Below are positions 43,536 to 54,613 of a stretch of DNA of 64,000 bases, in pieces. The notes beneath the pieces are model-generated. The model was not told where the DNA came from and made no database searches. It saw nothing but the letters and a program-made list of their open reading frames with translations. Source of the stretch: the human T2T-CHM13v2.0 reference genome, Homo sapiens; the NCBI RefSeq assembly GCF_009914755.1, contig NC_060930.1; one strand, given 5' to 3'. The position numbers were made by a program, and so were the translations under genes. Every line of letters begins with the position of its first letter. The stretch's first letter is position 1.

Positions 43536-44082
43536 GAGGAGAGGAAGGAAAGAAGGAAGGAAGGAAGGAAAGAAGGGGGGAGGGAGAGAGGAAGGGAGGG
43601 AGGGAAGGGAGGAAGTGAGGGAGGGAGGAAAAAGGAAGGGACGAAAGAAGGAAGGAAAGAAAGAAAAAAGGAAGATAGGAAGGAAGGGAAGGAATAAGGA
43701 GGGAGGGAGGAAAAGAGGAAGGAAGGAAGGAAAGAAAGAGGAAGGAAAGAAAGCGGGAGAGAAAGAGGGAAGGGAGGCAGGAAAGAAGGGAAGGAAGAGG
43801 GAGGGAAGAAAGGAAGGAAGGAAGAAACGAACGAAGGAAAGAAGGGAAGGAGGAAGGAAGGAAAGAAAAGAGAAAGAGGGAAGGAAGGCAGGAAAGAAAG
43901 GAAGGAGGAGGGAGGGAAGGAAGGAAGGGAGGGAGGGAGGTAGGGAGGGAGGAAGGAAGGAAAAAAAGGAAGGAAGGAGGGAACGAAGGACGGAAAGGAA
44001 TGAAGGAAGGAGGGAAGGATGGAAGGAAGGAAGGAAGGAAAAGACTGAAGGAAAGACAGAAGGAAGGAGGGAAGGCAGGCAG
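43536..44082. repeat. Degenerate (GGAA/GGGA/GAAA)n polypurine tract, ~550 bp
   Basis: Directly visible. Confidence 0.97.
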
Positions 44083-44582
44083 GATTGGGACAGTCTGCGA
44101 GTTTCCCACCTAAGCATGTCAAAGCCCATAGTGATCATCCTGCAGTTGTGCAAACCTGGAAACTTTTTCTAAACTTGTGACAGCAACTCAGACTGACTTG
44201 AGACAGATTTATATATCCAGTCCCTGAAGCCCCGATCTCAAACAATAACTGTGTGTTCCTTGGGAACCTGATGCGGATCCTTCGGTTAACATACAGTGTC
44301 CAGGCCTGTGCTAGGAGCTGTGGAGGGGCCATGAGAGGAGGAGCGTGGTCTCTGTCATTAGCAAACACTTTCCATCTCATAAAACAGACAACAAAAACAT
44401 ATATTAAGCAGCTTGCAAACAAAACCACATATACTGAAATGCAAGATTGAAAAGTACTGAGAAAAGAAAAAGTGTTCTATAACTGAAAAGAGAGAAATTA
44501 ATGACTTTGGGGGTAATCAAGGAAGGTTCCTGGGAAAAGGTGGCAATTTGACTGGGTCTGAGAGCACGGCTGTGATTTAGAT

Positions 44583-44954
44583 CAGGGGTCCGCAACCCCC
44601 AGGTGACAGACCAGTACCAGTCCATGGGCTGTTAAGAACTGGACCACACAGCAGGAGGTGGGGGCGGGGGCCAGCGAGCAGGATCACCTGAGCTCCGCCT
44701 TCTGTCAGATCAGCTGTGGCAGTAGATTCTCATAGGAGCACGAACCGTATTGTGAACTGCGAGTGCGAGGGTCTAGGTTCTGAGCGCCTTATGAGAATCT
44801 AATCAGTTTCATCCCAACCCCACCTCCACCCGCCCCCACCCACCACCTTCCTATCCCACCTCCACCTTCCCCCACTGCCCCCCGACTCCCAGTCCGTGGA
44901 AAAATTGTCTTCCATGAAACCCGTCCCAGGTGCCGAAAAGGTTGGGGCCTGCTG
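44583..44954. mobile_element. MER1B hAT-Charlie MITE within an antisense L2
   Basis: caggggtcc...ttggggcctgctg termini; 8-bp TSD AT(T/G)TAGAT. Confidence 0.92.
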
Positions 44955-45676
44955 ATGTAGATGATACATTTACAAAAAGGCCCAGAGACTGTGAGTAAGG
45001 GGAGCCAGAGGCAATGAGTCCCACCCACCCGGGGCACGGTGGGTAGAGCAGAGGGACACAAAGCTGGTGGGGGCTGTGAGTGGGGGTGTGGGGGTGGGTG
45101 GGGGTAGATCCTGGAGGGTCTCAGCAGCCAGGTGCTCAGGAACTCAGCTTCAGGAGAAAGGAGGCCACTGTAGGCTTTTGAGAAAAGGTGGCATTTGGGG
45201 AACATTGATTTGGCAGTGGGGGTTTGGTGGATGGGGTGTCCACTGGGGTCAAGAGAAGCAACCAGGGGGGAGGTTCACAGAAGTCCAGGTGAGGCAAGCA
45301 TGGGCTGTGGAGAAGGGCAGGGCCTCCAGAGCTGTCCAGAGTGGAAGGGAGAGGACAGAGAGAACCACAAGGAAAAATTAACCAGCCTCCTCTCCCCATA
45401 TCTTACCCCAATGTCGAGGGTGTAAGACAGAGAGATTGAGCTCCCAGCAGCTCTGCTAACTTCCTCCTTGGCCTTGGGTGAGTCACTCCATCTCTCTCTC
45501 TGTCTCCTTTTGTGAAGAATCAGAATATACTTGCCTTATTTCTTTCAAAAGATGCCTAAGGGAAGCAGACAAAATAATTTTTTAAACATTTTGCAAAATA
45601 TAAAGCATTAGGCAAATACTTGCTATTATTCTATATAATTGCTATGCTGTAATCTAAGATCAGGCTGCTATCAGAT

Positions 45677-46362
45677 TGCGTCCAGAATTGGTTCCTTCTG
45701 GTGGGTGCTTGGTCTCACTGACTTCAAGAATGAAGCCACGGACACTCGCGGTGAGTGTTACAGTTCTTAAAGATGGTGTGTCTGGAGTTTGTTCCTTCAG
45801 ATGTTCAGATATGTCTGGAGTTTCTTCCTTCCGGTGGGTTGGTGGTCTTGCTGACTTTAGGAGTGAAGCTGCAGATCTTCGCAGTGAGTGTTATAGCTCT
45901 TAAAAGTGGCGCATCTGGAGTTGTTTGTTCCTCCCAGTGAGTTCGTGGTCTCGCTGACTTCAGGTGTGAAGCCACAGACCTTCGCAGAGTGTTACAGCTC
46001 ATAAAGGTAGTGCGGACCCAAAGAGTGAGCAGTAGCAACATTTATTATGAAGAGCAAAAGAACAAAACTTCCACACTGTGGAAGGGGACCCCAGTGGGTT
46101 GCCGCTTCTGGCGCGGGTGGCCAGCTTTTATTCCCCTTTTTGGCCCCGCCCATGTTCTGCTGATTGGTCCATTTTACAGAGCGCTGATTGGTCCATTTTA
46201 CAGAGTGCTGATTGGTGTGTTTACAAACCTTTAGCTAGACACAGAGCGCTGATTGGTGTGTTTTTACAGAGTGCTGATTGGTGTGTTTACAATCCTTTAG
46301 CTAGACAGAAAAGTTCTCCAAGTCCCCACCCCACCCAGAAGCCCAGCTGGCTTCACCTCTCA
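45677..46362 (-). mobile_element. LTR12-family (ERV9) solo LTR, short form, 686 bp
   Basis: Minus strand starts TGAGAGGTGAAGCCAGCTGG; five CCAAT repeats, GC box, AATAAAA TATA-like box, U5 repeats; TSD AGAT. Confidence 0.96.
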
Positions 46363-47185
46363 AGATAAGCTACAGCTTTCTGCCTTCATCAGAGATGGTC
46401 TTGGAACACCATTCTTTTAAGCGTCTCTCACAGCTTTCAAATCATCTCCTCCCTCCCAGAGTGTGGTCTTGCTTCTGCTGCTAACCTCTGTGGTTCCTGT
46501 CTCTCTTATACTTTTGTGCTTCTACCATAGAGTTGTAAGCCAATAGCCAGTTTCATTAGGACTGAATGTAAAGTAAGAATAAATAGGTGCTGAGCGAGAC
46601 CTTAAGAAGGCTCTCCTGATGCAAAGTTATAAATGTTGGGTATTAACTTTTTGGGATCACTTTGGCTACTCATTTTACTTAATAAGAGTAAAGATGTCCT
46701 GAATGCTTGGCGCTGATTTCTGGACTCTCAGTGCATTCCAGGCCATGGAGACTGTCGGGTGAGTGATGGCTGAGCAGGAGAGATGTCACACAGTGACACT
46801 ATTGGAACTCTTACCGCGCTTGGTGGAGATTGACCACTGGGAGTCAGATGCAGTATACAGGAATTCAATTAAATAAACATTTCATTTATAATTTGTATTT
46901 CTGTCAAAGGAGTATATAATGGAAATGATTTGTGAAATATTTGACAAAGACAAGGATGTTAATTATAGAAGCTGGTTTGCAGTGAATATAGATTATTCTA
47001 TTTCATACATATTACATTTGAGGTGATGACAATACATGGCCATGGAATTGTCTCATGGAAAATGGGAGATTCGGGAGTAGAACCTGAGTGACAGAGAAGG
47101 ACTGAGATCAGAGTGAAGGCATAGGAGTTATCTGCAAATCAGTGGTAGATTCATTTAAAAAAAAAAAAAAAGCACACGAAGGGGC

Positions 47186-47633
47186 TGAGGCAGGAGAATA
47201 GGGCCTGGAGGCGGGGAACCTAAGGAATTCCTGGAACTAAATCAAATGGAAACACTTCAGCAATGACAGGAGTGTGACTGGCTTTGTAACGTCACTTCAT
47301 CCTACCCATTTACACAGGCAGTAACATCTTCTCTGTTTACATAGGATGCATACCGAGTAAATGACTTTGTAACTTGACTTTATCCTCTTTATTTACATAT
47401 GGCATACACCAAGTAACCAATGGGCAACCTCTAGAGGGTACTGAGACCCCAGAAAATTCTGTAACCAGGGCCCTTGAACCCCTTGCTCGGGCCCACTCCC
47501 ACCCTGTGGAGTGTGCTTTCGTTTTCAATACATCTCTGCTTTTGTTGCTTCATTATTTCCTTGCTTTATTTGTGCATTTTGTTGAATTATTTGCTCAAAA
47601 CACCAAGAACCTGGACACCTTCAACCAGTAACT
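47186..47633 (+). mobile_element. LTR15/MER51-group ERV1 solo LTR
   Basis: tgaggcaggagaatagggcctggaggcggggaacctaagg...caccaagaacctggacacc; TSD GG(G/A)C. Confidence 0.82.
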
Positions 47634-48984
47634 GGACTACTCCATGTGGAGAGGATCAGAGGACCAAAGGTTGAGCCCCGTGCAAAGCCAGAGGTGGGAG
47701 CAGAGGGTGGAAAGTGTGAAGCACCACTCCCAACCCCTAGGAGATGCCGTCTTGTTGGAGACACTGAACACACGCATCATGAAAGATGAGAGAGTGATGC
47801 ATGGCTATAAAAAGGACACACGGTAATTTGGGCTCCCCACGCTGTAAATGCTGTAGGCAGTCAGAGGGAGAGCGATGCCCTGAGTTAAAGCAGCTGCAGG
47901 AGGCTTCCTGGGAAGAGGGAGAAGCTCAGCCTGGGAAAGGTGGCCCAGGGGGTTCTGAGTTGACTTCAGTGTATTTGGGGAGCCCTTTAGCACAGAGGCA
48001 AGGGAGTAGAAATGTGGGAGACGCTCATCCACCCAGTGAAAGGGCTCCCTCCCTGCCCCCAGCCACCAGAGACATCTCCCCAACATTGCCTCCCTCCTCC
48101 ACTCCCCTAAATTCTTCCTCCAGGTCCTGTGCACAAATCTTGCCTCTGAATCCTGGCCTGGGCTGCCCTTCCCTGCCTGGATGGTCTTTCCCTTCCTCTC
48201 CTGCAATGATACTTTCTGGAAACCTGGCAGGGCCTCCCTAGTTGACCTCTCCTTTTGTGCAACTCTAGTAACATTGTTTTCTTTGCCATGTGTTTGGAAC
48301 TTTAGATATAATTCTTTATATTGTTGTTCATTATTTATGTGTTTGGCCTGTTCCTCAATTAAATTGTGTATCATCTGCTTTCAAAGATTGTTCTCAGGCT
48401 CAGGGGCAATGTCTATAAGGCACCAGCACAGGTAGGCGCTTGGTAAGAGCTGGCTGTTATCCATGATATTGTGATGCCCCTTGAGACCAGCAGCCATGTG
48501 TGATGCCCTCTGCACCCCTAGCTAGTGGCAGGCACATGGTAAGTGCCAGTGAATGGCAGGAGAATCTCCCCCCAGTCAACTGGCTGCTTCTGCATCTCTC
48601 TTTGCCGGGGATAGCAATTTTGTTTAACAGCAGGGACTTAAGAGCTCATTTCTGGGAAGTCTTGAGAAGATATTTACCCATTTAATTTTTTTTAAGAAAT
48701 GGCTGGAGAAAAGCCAGCTCTCTTCTTCTTTCGTGATGAAGGACAAGTTGCTTTTGTTAAATATAACATCTTAAAATGTTTCAAATGGACATGAATGCTA
48801 ATGACAAGACTCAACCTCAGCAAACTGCTGACAAATGGGGACTTACTGGCTCAGGAAGAGAACACACACAGAGAGTTTTAAATCCCTGGCTGTCCCTGGG
48901 TGCTTGATCCATTAATGGAGTGGGTAATGCCCTTAGTGCCCCGTGCTAGTTGGGGATTTTGCCTCATATTTTAGAGCACCTGCA

Positions 48985-49192
48985 GAAGGGGAGAGGGGAG
49001 GGAGAGGAGGGGGAGGAGGAAGACGAGGAGGGGGAGGAGGAGGAAGAGGAAAAGGAGGAGGGGGAGGTGGAGGAGGAGGAGGAGGAGGAACAGGAGAAGG
49101 AGGAACAGGGAAAAGGAGGGAGAACAGGAGGAGGAGAGGGAGGAGGAGGAGGAGAAAGGGAGGAGGAAGAGGGAAGGAGGAGGAAAGGAGAA
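48985..49192. repeat. (GGA)n-rich polypurine tract
   Basis: Directly visible. Confidence 0.96.
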
Positions 49193-50443
49193 TGACCTGG
49201 TTTTCTTTTTGCAAGTGACAGGTATGAAGCCCAGCCTGGATGATTTCCATGATATTATATTTTGAAACAGCCATTTTTAGAGTTTGAAGTGGCTTCAAGT
49301 CAGATCAGCCCCGTTGTCTCTGATGCTGGCAGGAAGAGGAGGTGGAAGTGTTTGCGTCCCTGGAGAGGGTTCAGGTTTCCTCTTAGCTGCAGCAGTCTTG
49401 GTCTGGCCTGCTGTAGCATTTGCTGGGAGAGGGATGGAGATGCAGCTATTGGAATTCCTGGGCCACATCTCTTTTGCACACTGACCTTCAGACTTTTGCT
49501 ATTTTGTTTAAGTTGGTATCTTCAGAATCAGAACAAAAAGCCTGCTTATTGATACTTATGAGTATTTCACATTTCACATTCCTATAGAGAATGTCTAAAG
49601 AGTGGTAAAGGGAAGACATGCTTCTTAGTTTCTTGTCTACCTCCTCCAAGAAACCTGGGTGCATTTCCATGTCATGGAGATCAAGCCCAAAAGGAACTCA
49701 GATAGGTGGCCTGTCCTTAGGACATGCTGCTGGTCCCTCTGGTCAGCAGTGCCTTTCCAAGTGACCACCTGGACACTTCCTCTGCACCAGACAGGCCTGG
49801 CCTCATCATGTGGTCACCTTCAGCTTCCTTCCAAGGAAACAGCTGCAGGGCCCTCCAAGAAACCCCACTGCACCCTCAATCCCCCCTCATCCCTGAGATG
49901 ACGACGTGAGGAGGATGCCTGCCTCTGGGGCATCCAGTCTGTGCCGCCGACTTGAGATATGGCTGGGAACTGAAGCCTCATTGAAGTGGGGCAAAGTGAT
50001 TAAAACCAGAACCTCTCCCTCTGGAATCTGCGTTGGAGAAATGGGGTCATCACTAATGCTGGATTGCCTGAAAAGACCTGCAGATTGCACAGGAGGTCCA
50101 GGAGGGGGCTGAAGCAAGTGGTGAGGCTGAGAGAGACACACTAGGTGGGCAAGGGAGGGACTCTTTGCTGGCGCCAGGGGCACAAGGGGAGGACATGAAG
50201 GGCTGGCTCCATAAGAGGGATTCCTACGCTCTGGCCATCTGGTCACTAGAGTGGCCTCGAATCAGAAACTCCTGCCACCTCCTGCACCTGTGGGTTCTGC
50301 ACTACGTGAGGCCAAAGCCCAGTGGCTGCTGCCCATCCCTGGGCCCAGGAGCCTGATGGTCCAGCTTTTCCCGATTTCCATGAGGTCCAGACAAGGGTCC
50401 TGTTTTCCTCACTCCCACACATATCCTTAAGGTAAAGTTCTGA

Positions 50444-50706
50444 GGCCGGGCGCAGTGGCTTTTGCCTGTAATCCTAGCACTTTAGAAGGCCAAGGTGGGA
50501 GGATCACTTGAGCTCAAGAGTTTGAGACCAGCCTGGGCAACATAGCAAGACCCCATCTCTACTGAAACACAAACAAACAAATAATCTGGGCATGGTGGTG
50601 TGCGCCTATAGGTCCCAGCTACTTGGGAGACTGAGGTGGGAGGATTGTTTGAGCCCAGGAGATGGAGGCTGTAGTGTGCTGTGATCACATTACTGGAAAA
50701 AAAAAA
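50444..50706 (+). mobile_element. AluJ lacking part of the right-arm 3' end
   Basis: J-type dimer ends gtgatcacattactgg(A)n. Confidence 0.9.
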
Positions 50707-50856
50707 GATGAAGTCCTTGTTCCTTGAATGCAGAGTGAGTCTGAATCCTGACTCCTGGTGGGGCAGTCTGTCATCTCACCTCTACACCAAAATATTCCCA
50801 TTTACTGTGATTTTTTTGTTTGTTTTAGGAGAAGATATCAAGACTCTGTGGGACAG

Positions 50857-50999
50857 GGCTGGGCATGGTGGCTCATGCCTGTAATCCCAGCATTTTGGGA
50901 GGCTGAGGTGGGCAGATCACTTGAGGTCAGGAGCCGAGATCGTGCCACTGCACTCCAAGCCTGGGTGACAGAGCGAGACTCCGTCTTAAAAAAAAAAAA
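50857..50999 (+). mobile_element. Internally deleted, monomer-length AluS
   Basis: Left-arm 5' part fused to right-arm 3' end; TSD AAGACTCTGTGGGA. Confidence 0.92.
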
Positions 51000-52706
51000 A
51001 AGACTCTGTGGGATGAATAATGCATTAAAGTTACACTGAGACTTGATGGATATTTCACTTTAAAGAGCTCAGGCTTCCACCTGCAGAGCTCAGGCCAGAC
51101 AGCCACCTTAGCTTCTCAGGTTGAAACCAAGTAACTAAGAGCTGTGCAGGAACCCTGGGGGGCCAGGGGCTAAAACCAGCAAGGCTGAGGGGTCCTGGAA
51201 GAGAAAAGTGAGGAGGGAGCCAAGGAGAAAAGGGACTCCTCAATGCCCAGCCCAAGGTGCGTTCTGAATGGATTTGCAGGTGACCTGATCTTTGTTGATC
51301 TATTAATTCATTTATTCATCATTCAACAAGGATTATTGAGCCCCTGTGATGTGCTGGCAACATTTCTAATTCTTATTGTTTATTGCATAAATAATAAGGT
51401 ATATTAGGTGATGCTAATGCCCAGAAGAAGAGTCAAATGTTGATGACGGTGAGGGAGAATATGTGTATATGTTTGCAATTTTAGGTAGCTGGCATTTGAA
51501 CAATGGCCTGGTTATAAATAGAAACTCAGATGATTTCATAAGAGAATTGCGGGAAGTTGCTCCTGAGACTTGTCTCTTTTTCTCTTTTTTTGCTTTAAAA
51601 ATCAGGGCGCTGACTGGGGGAGTGTTAGCCTTTAGCGTATCCAGTCAGGGAACAAAATGCAGAAGAAAGGGGGTGCCCGGAGAGCTCTCACTATTTTGAA
51701 GTAACCACCCATCCATGCCCAGTGTCTCAGCACCTTGGCAATTCAGACGGACCACGCCTGCCTTTCAGGTCTGGATTCAGAAGCAAATCCCAGAAGATCT
51801 CCCTGACTCCATTGGGATCTGCCCTCTCCACCCTCACAGGTGATCTGGACAAATTTGTGACATGTTGCTGAGGCCTACTGTTGGCCATTTTCCCCACAAG
51901 GTGTCCTGGGATTTACCCGGGACATGTGGCAGGCATGAGGCAGCTGGTGGGGGCTCCCTCTGAGCGGGCACTTGGGGCCCTTCAGAGTCCCTGGGCTCAG
52001 GCTCACGAACACCAGTGAAACTGACTCAGGCTGCCCACACTAGTTCTGGGAAACCAAACCACTGGCTGTTCAAGTTGCTTTTGGAATAAAACCACTAAGA
52101 AAGAAATGACCCCATAGCTTAGGTCAATTAAAGATTTGAATGTCACAGATGTTTGATTTTTAAAAACTCTTCTGACTTGACCCATGATTACTTTTATATT
52201 TCCTGATGTGGGCCACCTCCCTTGATAGGGGTGTGGAGCAGAGTTGGCTTATGTCAGGGGACATTCAGGCATCATTCATTGTTGAATGGTCCATCACTGC
52301 CTGGCAGAGGGAGGGGAGAACAGTTGCCCCAGGGGGTGGGGGGTCTTCACCATGACAGGCCCCTCCTCAGTGACCTCATGTTCCGTAGACTGTTGCTGCA
52401 GTTGGGAAACTTGATCCCTAGAAACTTCACTTTTTTGGGCTGGAAAAAAGTGGCTTGTGTGTCAGCTGCCGCTGCTTCCATGTGGTACTACCACCTGGCG
52501 CTCCAGAGTACTACCACCTGGTGCTCGATGGTGTCTCCCTTTTGGGGACCCTCCCGAAGTCTCTGGCTACTGAATTCAAGTCTTCTCGCTACAGAATGCA
52601 GGAGTTTACAAATCTTCCCAGCAAACATCTTCCCTGTCACCTCTGGTGGGAGATGATGCAATGAGCAGAAAACAGCAGGGTCTGGCAGTGACCATCTGAG
52701 TGTTGA

Positions 52707-53003
<297 letters not shown>

Positions 53004-53419
53004 GTGTGTTGATACTTCTGAGCTCTCAGGGCAGGGGCCGCTCTGGAGTCAGCTGGCACCTCGGTGTGGCAGTCTGGACTCTGCCTTAGGGCTAGACATG
53101 AGGGACTGGAGGCAAGTGTGGTTGGTGCTCTTGGTAGTTTGCTGACTACAGATCCCTGACAAAACTGAGCATGTAGCGAAGAATGTGACACACCTGGTGG
53201 CCTCCCCAGTGGAATACTATTTCTGCATCTCAGCTCCAGAGCGCAACTGAGCTGGCCCTCTACTTTTCTTTCCATCTACCTCTAGGCTTAGGAAAGCACA
53301 CAAGCTAGAATCAGCAGTTGGGGAGCCAATTGTTGGGCTCACCTCCACAGCTCACAGGGCTCTGTGGCCTAGTGGCAGGACTTTCTAATGGTTACACACA
53401 TAGACACTGCAGGAGGTGC

Positions 53420-53939
<520 letters not shown>

Positions 53940-53960
53940 TCAAATATTCTGATTTTCTAC

Positions 53961-54613
53961 TACGAACCAAAAGGTATCTGAGACAGGTCTCAATCAATTT
54001 AGAAAGTCTACCTTGCCAAGGTTAAGAGCATGCGCCCGGGAGGCAGGTCTGTGCCTTCTTCAAAGATGATTCTGAAGGCTTCAATATTTAAAGGGGAAAG
54101 GGTGGACATTGGGGAAAGAGGAAGGCATTTTTTAAAGGTATGGGTAGATAAGAGACAAATGATTGCATTCTTTTGAGTCCTTGATCATCTTTTCACCAAA
54201 TACACAGTTTACAGGTGAGAGGGGGTTAGAGGAAAAGTCACTTATGCCTTCATCTAGTTCCTTGAATCTGTATGCTTGCATCAGAGAAAGCAATCAGATA
54301 TGCATTTGTCTCAGGTGAGCAGAGGGAGGGCTTTGAGTTCTGTCCTTTGTCCCGCACCTGTGAAGATAATCTATCAATTTACATTGTTAGGGTGAAATTC
54401 AACAGAATTGTTTTAGGATAAAGATCTTGGGGCCCATAAGGAATTTCCTGGTGGGCAAGTGGTGAGGGATGTAGGTAGCTTTAAAAAAAAAATCTTTGTA
54501 GCTATCTTATTTAGGAATAAAATGGGAGGGAGGTTTGCCTGATGCAGTTTCCAGCTTGACTTTTCCCTTGGGCTTAGTGATTTTGGGGTCCTGAGATTTA
54601 TTTTCCTTTCACA
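53961..54613 (-). mobile_element. MER4A-family ERV1 solo LTR
   Basis: Minus strand starts TGTGAAAGGAAAATAAATCTCAGGACCCCAAAATCACTAAGCC; TSD CTAC. Confidence 0.92.

Noticed and set aside
43431-44172. 198-240-aa ORFs on both strands
   Set aside because: Artefacts of the purine tract: no T on the + strand and no A on the - strand, so stop codons cannot form.
48933-49298. Poly-Pro, poly-Gly and poly-Glu ORFs
   Set aside because: Reading frames of a (GGA)n tract.
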